Of a DNA stretch of 64,000 nucleotides, positions 25,038-36,668 are shown piece by piece. The position numbers were made by a program, and so were the translations under genes. Source of the DNA: Octopus vulgaris (Eukaryota); NCBI GenBank assembly GCA_951406725.2, contig OX597817.1, forward strand, positions 169,446,001 through 169,510,000. Reading direction: 5' to 3'. Under the pieces are notes generated by a model, which was not told the origin of the DNA, did not search any database, and worked only from the letters and a program-made list of their open reading frames with translations. Positions within the stretch are counted from its first letter, which is position 1. Each line of letters opens with the position of its first letter.

Positions 25038-25510
25038 CAAAATCAAATTCGATGACTGGCATCCATGCTAGTGGAGCGCTAAGAGTACCATCCGAGCATG
25101 ATCGTTGCCAGAGCAACAAGCTGGCCTTCGTACTGGTGGCATGTAAAAAACACCATTCGAGCGTGATCGTTACCTGCATCGCCTTACTGGCACTTGTGCT
25201 GGTGGCACTTGAAAAAACATTTGAGTGAGGTCGTTGCCAGTGCCACTAGACTGGTTCCTGTGCAGGTGGCACATAAAAAGCACCATTTGCGCATGGCCAT
25301 TGCCAGTACTGCCTGACTGGCCCTTGTGCCGGTGACACGTAAAAGCACCCACTACACTCTCAGAGTGGTTGGCATCCAGGAAGGGCATCCAGCTGTAGAA
25401 ACTCTGCCAGATCAGATTGGAGTCGGGCGCAGTCATCTGGTTCGCCATACCTCAGTCAAATCGTCCAACCCATGCTAGCATGGAAAGCGGACGCTAAACA
25501 ATGATGATGA
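25038..25510 (+). mobile_element. Family F repeat
   Basis: Reverse complement of 8886-9366, including the same aaatc-repeat 5' start. Confidence 0.85.
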
Positions 25511-25650
25511 TCATCATCATCGTCATTTAGCGTCCGCTAGCATGGGTTGGACGGTTCAACTGGGGTCTATGAAGCCAGAAGGCTGCATCAGGACCAGTCT
25601 GATCTGGCAGTGTTTCTACGGCTGGATGCCCTTCCTAATGCCAACCACTA
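25511..25650 (-). mobile_element. Family F 3' fragment, tail-to-tail with the preceding copy
   Basis: atcatcatc...gctagcatgggttggacgg...cccttcctaatgcc. Confidence 0.8.
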
Positions 25651-25814
25651 CACTCTGCTTGTATTTGTGATCATACTCAATCAGCCCCCACTAATTTTCT
25701 TTCTCAACACTTTTGTTTGAAATGACAGATGTGCATCATTTTAGTTGTTAACAGATGTAGACAGGGATTTGGTGTAATAGATTAGGCCTTACTAATACCA
25801 TATTTTACGTTGTT

Positions 25815-26240
25815 TGAATGCCTGACATGTGACTCCCCAAGAGATTGCTTTCCTGTGAACTGATGGAAGGTAAGTGCATTGCAAGGTAAACAAAAACAGT
25901 GCTTCAAGGATACACTCAAAGCCTCACTGAAGAGCTCTGAGATCAACCCTGACCCCTGAAAAATGCAAGTACAAGACTGCCCGATCTGGCAAAGCTGCAT
26001 CAACTGAAGTGCCACCTACTACAAGCAATAGGATTGTAGGGGCACAAAGAAAATGTGAACTATGCGAGTTCGGAGTCAGCTCCTTGCCTTCAGTTCCAAC
26101 AGACCACCAGTGTCTGACCTGCATCAGAACCTTCCAAGCATGCATCGGACTGACTGGCCACAGCCAGACACGTCATGTCCCACCTTTTCCTATGTAATTT
26201 CTTTGGTTATTCTCAACAACAACAACAACAACAACAAACA
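25815..26240 (+). mobile_element. RTE-clade (BovB-like) LINE 3' end, decayed
   Basis: MPDM*LPKRLLSCELMEGKC...KQCFKDTLKASLK...HQCLTCIRTFQACIGLTGHSQT (terminal C2H2-like motif); (CAA)n tail. Confidence 0.75.
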
Positions 26241-26696
26241 AACTAATGCAATAACCCCTTACCAGGCAAGAGACAAATATAAAGTGTGAATTGAACCTTT
26301 GTTGTAAAATAGAGCTAATCTCAGCTAGAATTATAGTCAAGTTCTTGTGTTGATAATAAACATGTCACACAGACATTAATCTTCAATATATTTATGATCT
26401 ACCATGAATCAGTTCAGGATCAGCAGTATATCATAATAACAAATGATCTTTATGTGTCATAATGATTCAATTATTGTGACAGTTGTTGTTGCTGCTGTTT
26501 CTGTTTTATAACTGCTGCCGATGACTTGTGCCAGTGATCTCTCTATTTAGTCAGATTTATGGCACAAAAACAGGCATTCGATCCTTTGAGGTTTGGTGGA
26601 CATTAATCTGGTCTTTTGTCCTTCTGTTTCTGCTATATATCAATATACACTTGCAAAAACACGCACGCATATATAGGTATGTGTGTTATATGCATC

Positions 26697-26737
<41 letters not shown>

Positions 26738-26751
26738 ATCTTCAAGAAAAA

Positions 26752-27400
26752 GTGCAGGCTTGGCTGTGTGATAAAGATGGTCTCATTAAGGCGGAGAGCT
26801 GGCAGAATCGTTAGCACGCTGGGCAAATTGCGTAGCCGTATTTCGTCTGCCATTACGTTCTGAGTTCAAATTCCGCCGAGGTCGACTTTGCTTTTCATCC
26901 TTTCAGGGTCGATAAATTAAGTGCCAGTTACGCACTGGGGTCGATATAATCGACTTAATCCATTTGTCTGTCCTTGTTTGTCTCCTCTGTGTTTAGCCCC
27001 CTGTGGGTAGTAAAGAAACAAAAAAAGATGCTCTCTTTGCAACCTCATGGTTTTGAGTTCAATCCTACTGTGCAACACTTTGAACAAGCATCTCCTACTA
27101 CAGCTCCAGATTGACCAATGCCTTGTGAGTGAATTTGGTTGACTGAAACTGTGAGGAAGCCTGTCTTGTGTGTGTGTGTGTGTGTGTGTCTTTGTGTTTG
27201 TCCTCTACCACTTCTTGACAACTGGTGCTGGTTTGTTTATGTCCCCATAACTTAGCAGTTTCGCAAAATAGACTGACAGCATAAGCATCAGACATAAAAA
27301 TGAATAAACATTGGGATCATTTTTGCTTGACTAAACCCTTCAAGAGAGCAGTGGCCCAGCATGGCCACAGTCCTATGACTGAAACAAGTGAAGGATGACA
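26752..27400 (+). mobile_element. Diverged H1+T1 SINE containing an H4 SINE at 26787-27020
   Basis: H1 A-box region is split by a full H4 copy with an aaagatg(g/c)tctc duplication. Confidence 0.8.
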
Positions 27401-28182
27401 GATACATGCATACATATGCATGCATGTATGTATGTATCAAGCATGTGCCATCAGTAATTACTCAGGGTAGGCAGTTAGTGACTTTTATGTAGTAAAATAC
27501 CAAAAAAAATAAGTGAAACACAGGCATGCGACCGAATTGAAGGCAGATTTACTTCTGCCTTTATAGCATGTAAAGAAAACGGTGTTGTAGGAGTGTACGC
27601 AGCATGTGTACTACAGCAGTGCTATGCGTAGCTTTAATACTGAGATTGAAAGGCAGGGGTGAATTTGTTTTTCTTTTTAGTCATAGGCTTTGCTGATGAT
27701 CCTACCTGTACCGAAATTCAACAACCAGCATGTAATATAAGAAATCAGGCTGCCATTGGAGCTAGCTCTAATGAAGCCATAATGATGGCTACTGTGATGG
27801 GGAAGAGACTCAGGGCAATGATAAAAAAGTGATTGTTTATGACAGCTGCCATCATTTTAAAGATATTTTAAGAGAGAGAGAGAGCGATAGATCAATAATT
27901 GAAAGAGTTAGACAGGTTATTAGGTGAGGTAGGCCAGCTATAGCTGTCTTGAATATGGGACAGAACTTGAACTCTGATACCTTTAAACAGCAGTCCGACA
28001 TTTTATCAACTCAGCAACTCAGAAAGTGATAATCCTTAATGAAAGCTTATGCAATAACGTGAAAATGTCATTTACTTATAATTAGTTAATTATTGATTGT
28101 AATTAGATGACTTTAAGCACCCGGTTTTGTCTGCATGCAAACATACACATACGTACTTAAACACGCACACATACATACATAC

Positions 28183-28418
28183 AAAGGTGGCGAGCTGGCA
28201 GAATCGTTAGCATGCTGGGCGAAATGCGTAGCCGTATTTCGTCTGAGGTTACATGTTCTGGGTTCAAATTCCGCCGAGGTCGACTTTGCCTTTCATCCTT
28301 TCGGGGTCGATAAAATAAGTACCAGTTACGTTCTGGGGTCGATGTAATCGACTTAATCCCTTTGTCTGTCCTTGTTTGTCCCCTCTATGTTTAGCTCCTT
28401 GTGGGTAGTAAAGAAATA
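28183..28418 (+). mobile_element. H4 SINE
   Basis: aaggtggcgagctggcagaatcg...gggttcaaattcc...gtgggtagtaaagaaata. Confidence 0.9.
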
Positions 28419-28674
28419 TATATACATACAAACATGCACACACACACACACATATACATAGAAACACATATATGTACACACACATATACATACATATGCA
28501 CATCCATATATACATAAAATTATTTAAAACAGGGTCCTTTTAGAATTGTTCTTCCTATGCTTTGTGAGTACATTCAGTGGGTATAAACTGTGTGGAAACC
28601 TGTCAAATATATATATACACACAGACACATACACACACACACACACATACACACACACACACACACATGCACAA

Positions 28675-28950
28675 CGTGGCCAATGCCAGTGCTGCCTTAA
28701 CTGGCTTCTGTGCTGGTGGCACGTAAAAAGCACCAACCGATCGTGGCCGATGCCAGCCCCCCTGGCACCTGTGCTGGCGGCACGAAAAAAGCACCCACTA
28801 CACTTGGCGTTAGGAAGGGCATCCAGCTGTAGAAACACTGCCAGATCAGACTGGAGCCTGGTGCAGCCTCCTGGCTTTCGCAGACCCCGGTCGAACCGTC
28901 CAACCCGTGCTAGCATGGAAAACGGATGTTAAACGATAATGATGATGATG
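28675..28950 (+). mobile_element. Family F repeat
   Basis: Canonical F 3' end with (GAT)n. Confidence 0.85.
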
Positions 28951-28961
28951 ATATATATATA

Positions 28962-29150
28962 CCACTTGTTAATTTGAGTGGAGGCAATGCGAGCAGGAAC
29001 TAAGGGAACATTACTAAGTTCCTGCTCGCATGGCCTCCACTCAAATTAACAAGTGGAATATAGCTCATTTGGAGCACTAACCACTCCAGTCTGTATTATA
29101 TCTTGAGTATTGTTATTACTAGCTATCTCAACATATAACTGTGTATTTTA
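28962..29150. mobile_element. Penelope-like terminal remnant: 40-bp inverted repeat plus tail, in (TA)n
   Basis: Arms 28962-29001 and 29017-29056 with one mismatch; (TA)n on both sides. Confidence 0.55.
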
Positions 29151-29166
29151 TATATATATATATATA

Positions 29167-29457
29167 TCATCATCATCATCATCATCGTTTAACGTCCGTT
29201 CTCCATGCTAGCATGGGTTGGACGGTTCGACCGGGGATCTGGGAAGCCAGAAGGCTGCACCAGGCTCCAATCTTATCTGGCAATGTTTCTACAGCTGGAT
29301 GCCCTTCCTAACACCAACCACTCCGTGAGTGTAGTGGGTGCTTTTTACGTGCCACCTGCACAGGTGCCAGGCGAGGCTGGCAACGGCCACGGTCAGATTG
29401 GTGTATTTTATGTGCCACCGGCACGGAAGCCAGTCGAGGCGGCGCTGGCATCGACCA
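29167..29457 (-). mobile_element. Family F repeat
   Basis: Near-identical to the reverse complement of 53893-54200. Confidence 0.85.
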
Positions 29458-29480
29458 CATATATATATATATTTATATAA

Positions 29481-29625
29481 ATCATCATCGTTTAACGTCC
29501 GCTTTCCATGCTAGCATGGGTTGGACGATTTGACTGAGGTCTGGTGCAGCCATCTGGTTCGCCAGACCTCAGTCAAATCGTCCAACCCATGCTAGCATGG
29601 AAAGCAGATGTTAAACGACAACGAT

Positions 29626-29627
<2 letters not shown>
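29481..29627. mobile_element. Fold-back of two family-F 3' ends
   Basis: Arms of about 57 bp (29488-29544 and 29562-29618) with both tails pointing outward. Confidence 0.8.
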
Positions 29628-29670
<43 letters not shown>

Positions 29671-29871
29671 ATTATCATTTAATGTCCATTGTCCAAGCCG
29701 GAATGGATTGGACAGTTTAACCAGAGCTGCACTCTGTAAAGTGGTTAGCATTAGGAAGAGCATCCGGTCATAGAAACCATGCCAAAACAGACAATAGGGG
29801 CCTGGTGCAGCCCTCCAACTGCCCAGCTCCTGTCAAACTGCCCAATCCCATGCCAACATAGAAAATAGATA

Positions 29872-29896
29872 TTGCTGTTGTTGTTGTTGTTGTTGT

Positions 29897-29932
<36 letters not shown>

Positions 29933-30108
29933 CAGTGTTGGTGGTAGTGGTGGTGGTGGTGATGATGATGATGATGATGATGGTGATGGTGGTGATGGTG
30001 GTGGTGGTGGTGGTGGTGGTGGTAGTGGTGGTGGTGGTGTTGGTGGTGATGGTGATGATGATGATGATGGTGGTGGTGGTAGTGATTGTGGTGATGATGA
30101 TGATGATA

Positions 30109-30140
<32 letters not shown>

Positions 30141-30220
30141 GGTAGTGGTGGTGGTGGTGGTGATGGTGGTGATGGCGATGATGATGATGGTGATGGTGAT
30201 GGTGATGATGATGATGATGT
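29872..30220. repeat. GGT/GAT/GTT trinucleotide array
   Basis: Visible directly; explains the poly-V/M/T/I ORFs. Confidence 0.9.
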
Positions 30221-30515
30221 ATGATTTACTTAAAGCAGTCATTTTGTAATTGTATTTATCTCGCAAGCAACTTGGTCTGAGATTGAACTTTGGAACCGAA
30301 TCAGTCACATCATCAAAGAGCCATTTTAACCATAGAAAAAACACAACAGTAAACTTGTTAAATTCACTTTTCAGTTCCATTTATCTCTTGAGGCATTAAA
30401 CTTTTCAATGCACAACTGTGTCCTGCTCACTGTAAACTCTTATCAAATTCTGTGTGGTTTTAGATGCAAAAATCTTTTTTTTCCCCAAAATAGAGAATAT
30501 TTATTTAATAGTTTT

Positions 30516-30596
30516 CTAACATGCTTTTTCTTTTTGTTTCTTTGTAGGTGAGTGTCATTTTTATTATTGAAAGGTGTACACTAGCTACAGGTAAGA
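30516..30596 (+). promoter_or_regulatory. Candidate recursive splice site (AG|GT) with a 43-nt RS-exon
   Basis: Branch-like CTAAC at 30516-30520, pyrimidine tract, TAG|GTGAGT at 30547/30548, downstream donor CAG|GTAAGA at 30590/30591. Confidence 0.5.
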
Positions 30597-30690
30597 TATA
30601 AATGTTACTTCAATTTAAAGGGAATACAAAAAGCTACAGGTGAGATGTACACTACTATGAAACTGTTAAAAGGTCAACATAATACAGGGA

Positions 30691-30722
<32 letters not shown>

Positions 30723-30736
30723 ATATAAATTTATAC

Positions 30737-30817
<81 letters not shown>

Positions 30818-31020
30818 CACACACACTCTCTCATATATGCACACACATATTTTTTGTAAACACTTGCAGATGCAAGTGCTACTGGTTGAAAAGTCTGCAT
30901 ACTGGATATTAGCAAGTTTATGGGGTCATCGGAAGAGAATACACATCGTTTAGGGGCCTACATGTCCTACATGTATATCTGTCTATCTATCATAGATAGA
31001 TAGCTAGATACATACATACA

Positions 31021-31056
<36 letters not shown>

Positions 31057-31090
31057 TATATCATCAAACGGACGCTAAATGATGATGATG

Positions 31091-31121
<31 letters not shown>

Positions 31122-31914
31122 CACACATATACATACATACATACATGTATGTATGTACATACATACATACATACATACATGTATGTATGTATAAATCTCC
31201 CTCTCCCCCTTCATTACATTTTACAATTAAAACGATTTTTTTTTTGTTATTCTGAAAATTTCTGTGAAGAAATAGAAACACTGACTTCTGTTTGAGAGCT
31301 ATTCTGGAAGTTGACAGAGGAAAAAACAACAGCCAAATCTCCCTCAGATCACATTTGGACATCTTCGAAAAAAGCACACTGAGTAAGGTTGTCCTGGGGC
31401 TCCCTTCCTTGCACCTAGGAGAAAAATAGGATGGTCATGACTGGAATGCCTTTGATCATAGATCTACTTGATCAGAACTGGCCTGGGGCTAAACAGCAAC
31501 ATCACACTACAACAATACAAGACCAACCGCACCAAGTACACCACGACCACCACCACCACCACCATGACCACCACCACCATGACCACCACCACCAAAGCAT
31601 CAGAAATGAATTCCCTCTTCCTCCCCCGCCTCCACCTCACAGGTGAATAACAAAAGAGGAAATTATATAGAAAGATGGTAATTGAGAGAAGATAGTGTCA
31701 GTTGTTGCGATGCATCTGCAGTTGTTGGTAACAGCAGCTTCACATCTAATGCACTTTGTACAGCTTCTGTCAGTGCAGCTGGAGCTGGTGTCTTCACAAA
31801 GATGCAGTGATGGGAAACAAAACAAAATAAGAGAAAAAAAAAGGAGAAAAAAAAAAGAGAAAATATAATTATGTGATGGCTTTGATATTTGCTGGAAATA
31901 ATAGCTTCAGGCAA

Positions 31915-33520
31915 CCATACCACCATCGCCATGGCCACAACCACCACCACCACCACCACCACCACCACCACCACCATCACCATCACCGCTAGTGCTACCA
32001 CCACTAGCCCCACCACCACTGTGATGGTAAGTGGTAGAAGGTAGGGATGGTGATGTGGTTGCTGGTCTGTGAACATACCATCACTGTGGCAGTTGCAGTA
32101 GTATGTAGTATATACCGTGTAGTATACACCATGACGGCAGCGGTGGTGGTGGTGGTGGTGGTGGTGGTGGCAGTGGTGGTGATGGTTGTGATGGCCTTTG
32201 TGATGGTGGTGGTGATGGTGGTGGTGATGGTTGTGATGGTGGTGATGATGATAATGGCAAAAGTGATGGTAGTGGTGGTGGAGGTGATGGTGCTGGTAAT
32301 GGTGATAGTGGTAATGGTGGTGGTGGTGGTGGTGGTGGTGGCAGTGGTGGTGATGGTTGTGATGGCCTTTGTGATGGTGGTGGTGATGGTGGTGGTGATG
32401 GTTGTGATGGTGGTGATGATGATAATGGCAAAAGTGATGGTAGTGGTGGAGGTGGTGGTGGTGATGGTAATGGTGATAGTGGTAGTGGTGGTGGTGGTGG
32501 TGGTGGTGGTGGCAGTGGTGGTGTGGTGGTGATGGTTGTGATGGCCTTTGTGATGGTGGTGGTGATGGTGGTGGTGATGGTTGTGATGGTGGTGATGATG
32601 ATAATGGCAAAAGTGATGGTAGTGGTGGAGGTGGTGGTGGTGATGGTAATGGTGATAGTGGTAGTGGTGGTGGTGGTGGTGGTGGTGGTGTTGGTGTTTG
32701 TGATGGTGATGGTGGTGGTAGTGGTGATGGTGATAATGATGGTGGTCTTGATTGTAATGGTGATGGTGGTTGTGATGGTGTTTGTGATGTGGTTGTGATA
32801 ATGGTGTTAGTGATGACAGATGTGATGGTAGTTGTGGTACTAGTGGTTGTGGTCATTGTGGCCATTGTGATGAAGGCACTGGTGGTGGTTTGTCCCTCCC
32901 CTCACATCATCACAGTAATGGCAAATGTGAATCGCAATACCACTACTGTAACGGTGCTGGTAGAGTATTTCCATACCATTACAGTGGTAGTTGCGATAAT
33001 ATATGAGCATACTGTGACTGCATAGTGGTGGTTGTGCTAGTGATTCTGGTGGTGGTAGTGGTGCGTTGGTGGTGGTGGTGGTGGTGGTGGTGTTGGTGGT
33101 GGTGGTGGTGGTGGTGGTGGTGGTGGTGGTGGTGATGCTAGCAGCGATGGTGCTAGTGGTAGGGGTGCTGGTGATGTGTCCTATATAACATCACAGTAAT
33201 AATGATCCATATATTACTACACCACCAAAGTGGTGGGTGTCAGTGGTGATCCAATACCATCTGGGTGATGGTTGCAGTAATATGCCAACATACCATGACA
33301 ATGTAGGGATGTGTAGTGGTGGTGGTGGTGGTAGTAATGGTGTTGGTAGTGGTAATGGGGGTGGTGGTGATAGTCTCGTGTCCTTACCATCGCAGTGGTG
33401 GTTGCAATAATATGTTAATATACCATGCCAGTATAATGATAATGGCATTGTCATTGTTGACGGTGGTGGTGGTGGTGGTGGTGGTGGTGGTGGTGGTGGT
33501 GGTGGTGGTGGTGGTGGTAG
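31915..33520. repeat. GGT/GAT low-complexity array with a 171-bp higher-order unit
   Basis: The marker gcagtggtggtg...gatggcctttgtg recurs at 32170, 32341 and 32512. Confidence 0.85.
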
Positions 33521-33569
33521 AGTGTTTCCATACCATCACAGTGGTGTAGTGCTAGTGCATTCCCATATA

Positions 33570-33716
33570 CCATATTTTAATGTGTATGAGGAACCTCCTA
33601 ATTTTGGGGGCTTAAAATTTGGAAAAAAGGTTTTGTAAGGGATTTTAAAAGAACTCCCATATTTTTTTAACCTAATTTTTGACAAAAATGGGTTCTTTAT
33701 ACTTGTTAAAATACAG
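33570..33716. mobile_element. Tc2/pogo-like MITE
   Basis: ta-ccatattttaatgtgtatgaggaacc...ggttctttatacttgttaaaatacag imperfect TIRs. Confidence 0.55.
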
Positions 33717-33745
33717 AGGTCACTGTAGTGGTGGTGTCTCCTATA

Positions 33746-34132
33746 TGGAAGCACTCCGTCGGTTACGACGACGAGGGTTCCGGTTGATCCGAATCAACGG
33801 AACAGCCTGCTCGTGAAATTAACGTGTAAGTGGCTGAGCACTCCACAGACACGTGTACCCTTAACGTAGTTCTCGGGGATATTCAGCGTGACACAGAGAG
33901 TGACAAGGCCAGCCCTTTGAAATACAGGTACAACAGAAACAGGAGGTAAGAGTGAGAGAAAGTTGTGGTGAAAGAGTACAGCAGGGATCACCACCATCCC
34001 CTGCCGGAGCCTCGTGGAGCTTTAGGTGTTTTCGCTCTCAATAAACACTCACAACGCCCAGTCTGGGAATCGAAACCGCGATCCTATGACCGTGAGTCCG
34101 CTGCCCTAACCACTGGGCCATTGCGCCTCCAC
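33746..34132 (-). mobile_element. SINE, head H2 with tail T2
   Basis: 13-bp TSD ggtgtctcctata at 33733-33745 and 34133-34145. Confidence 0.9.
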
Positions 34133-34164
34133 GGTGTCTCCTATAATTTATCTACTGGCTGTAC

Positions 34165-34575
34165 TATTATTTTATTCTTTTCTTATTGTTCTTGTTTCAG
34201 TCCTTGGACTGCGACCATGCTGGGGTACCGTCTTCAAGGGTTTTATTTGAATGAATTGTTCCCAACACTTATTTTTGTTTAAGCCCAGTACTTATTCTAT
34301 CGGTTCAGTATCTTTCACTGAACTTCTAAGTTATGAGGACGTAAACAAACCAACTCAGGTTGTCAAGTGGTAGTAGGGGACAAACACAAAGGCTCACACA
34401 CACACACACACAATAAGCCTCTTTTAGTTTTTGTCTACCAAATTCACTCACAAGGTTTTTGCTTGACCTGGGGCTATAGTATAAGACATTAGCCCAAGGT
34501 GCCATGCAGTGAGACTGAACCCAGAATCATGTGGTTGGGAAGCAAACTTCTTACCTCACAGCCACACCTGTGCCT
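34165..34575 (-). mobile_element. Diverged H1+T1 SINE
   Basis: ttgtttcagtcc...ctaccaaattcactcacaagg...cacagccacacctg. Confidence 0.8.
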
Positions 34576-34817
34576 TTATTAGCTGTTGGTCTGGTGTTAT
34601 TGTATGTTGACCAATTTTTAATGAGTCTGTAATTCAGTTTCAATTCTCAGCTATAACTGTTTTACATATCTCTCTGATCTGCTTTGGAATAGCATAAACA
34701 TTGCAATACACCATTCTTGCTTCTGGTAAAAATCTGTCCTTACTCTTAATTAAGAAACTAGAAGTAATGGTCATTGTGTCGAGAATAATTCTATTTAGTT
34801 GTGGAGGTGCATGGCTT

Positions 34818-34935
34818 AATAATAATAATAATAATAATAATGATAAAACATTGTGTACAGTACTCAGGTGCACTACAACTCATCTAAAGTGTATGTATAG
34901 TACATAGGGTAATGTACAAGCGTCAGGAAAAGAAC
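34818..34935 (-). mobile_element. CR1 3'-UTR stub with (ATT)n tail
   Basis: Reverse complement of acactttagatgagttgtagtgcacctgag.actgtacacaat, also seen at 48579-48621. Confidence 0.75.
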
Positions 34936-34957
34936 ATTATTATTATTATTATTATTA

Positions 34958-35162
34958 TGATCGTAAGATTGTGATTTCAATTCCTAGACTGGGTGATGTG
35001 TTGTGTTCTTGAGCAAAACACTTCATTTCTATTGCTCCAGTTCACTCAGTTGGCAAATATGAATAATCTTGGAATGGACTGGTGTCTCATCCGGGTGGGG
35101 ATTTTATTCACTAAGGAAACTGGAAAACTAGCCCTTAAGAATAAGCATGACTCCAGAAGGTA
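34958..35162 (+). mobile_element. 5'-truncated H3+T3 SINE
   Basis: ttgtgttcttgagcaaaacacttcatttc...ggaaactggaaaactagccc. Confidence 0.7.
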
Positions 35163-35349
35163 ACCATTACTTTTATTTGGTTAGTTAAAGGTCACATGGT
35201 AATTTGTGACCCTTCACTGGTTCAAATGTGTGCTCAGATGTTTTAAAACCTCATTATTCATTTTATTGTAATTTGTTTCTGTTACATGAAATGTTGCCGT
35301 GTGCATAACAGTGGTTAAGGCAAGGAAGGACAGAGTATTAACCATTTTA

Positions 35350-35558
35350 TTGGGTTGTCTGGAAGGTTCGTGCCGATTTTTAAAGGAAAGAAAAAGTCAA
35401 TAAATTGAAATTTTTACCATTAAGACTATTCTGCAGAGACCTGAATAACTGCACTAAATGGAGGTGTAGTCAAATCCTATTTTATGGATTCAACCATGTT
35501 CTAAAATAAGCGAAAGGTAAGCTACTATAAATCGGCACAAACTTTCCAGACAACCCAA
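35350..35558. mobile_element. mariner-like MITE
   Basis: TIRs of about 30 bp (ttgggttgtctggaaggttcgtgccgattt / aaatcggcacaaactttccagacaacccaa) with TA on both sides. Confidence 0.85.
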
Positions 35559-35619
35559 TATTTACAAGGATAATAAACCTGCTGTCCACAAATGCTTACA
35601 GTGAATTGGGCAGCGTAAT

Positions 35620-35835
35620 AATCCTTTCTGTTATAGGCACAAGGACTGAAATTCTTGGGGAAGAGGATAGTCAATTACATCAACCCCAGAACTTAACTAG
35701 TACTTATTTTGACCTCAAAAGGATGAAAAGCAAAATTGATCTTGGCAGGATTTGAACTCAGAATGTAAAGATGGATGAAATGCTGCTAAGTGTTTTGTCC
35801 AGCACAGTAATGATTCTGCCATCTTGCCACCTTAT
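35620..35835 (-). mobile_element. Diverged H4 SINE with alternative tail
   Basis: aaaggatgaaaagcaaaattgatcttggcaggatttgaactcag. Confidence 0.7.
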
Positions 35836-36029
35836 TGACCTAATAATGAAAGGTGAAGTTGACCTTGGCAGAATTTGAACTTAAATATTCGCTAAATCCC
35901 CCAGCCCATGAAATCCTCCAACAGCAACCAAATATCCACCAAGTCCCCTAGCACCAGCTCAAGGCTAGATTAAGACCCTAAGCACTTAAAAGATTTTGCT
36001 GCCCACATATATATCTAATTCAAAATATA

Positions 36030-36424
36030 TTACTCTTTTACTCTTTTATTTGTTTCAGTCATTTGACTGCGGCCATGCTGCAGCATTGCCTTTAATCAAG
36101 CAAATCAACCCCAGGACTTATTCTTTGTAAGCCTAGTACTTGTGCTATCAGTCTCTTTTGCTGAACTGCTAAGTTACAGGGACATAAACACACCAGCATT
36201 GGTTGTCAAGCGATGTTGGGGGTGGGACAAACACACACACACATATATATACATATATACGACGGGCTTCTTTCAGTTTCCGTCTACCAAATCCACTCAC
36301 AAGGCTTTGGTTAGCCCGAGACTATAGTGGAAGACACTTGCCCAAGGTGCCATGCAGTGGGACTGAACCCGGAGCCATGTGGTTGGTAAACAAGCTACTT
36401 ACCACACAGTCACTCCTGCGCCTA
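36030..36424 (-). mobile_element. H1+T1 SINE
   Basis: Matches 10712-11135. Confidence 0.9.
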
Positions 36425-36668
36425 TGCTTGCCACCTTATTGATATAATAATGGTTTCAAATTTTGGCACAAGACCAACAATTTCAGGGGAGAGGGTAAGT
36501 TGATTACATTGTCCCTGGTGCTTGACTAGTTCTTATTTTATCGACCCCAAAAAGATGAAAGGCAAAGTTGACCCTGGCAGAATTTGAACTTAAATATTCA
36601 CCAGATTCCCCAGCTCATGAAATCTTCCAACAGCAGCCAAACATCCATTAAATCCTCTAGCACCAGCT

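Noticed and set aside
31612-31647. Second AG|GT site (pyrimidine-rich, CAG|GTGAAT)
   Set aside because: The tract is C-rich low-complexity sequence, the donor is weak and no clear branch point is visible.
31663-32865. 400-aa Pro/His-rich ORF, the longest in the track
   Set aside because: It is the translation of a GGT/GAT triplet array that is open in several frames, with no domain or splice context.
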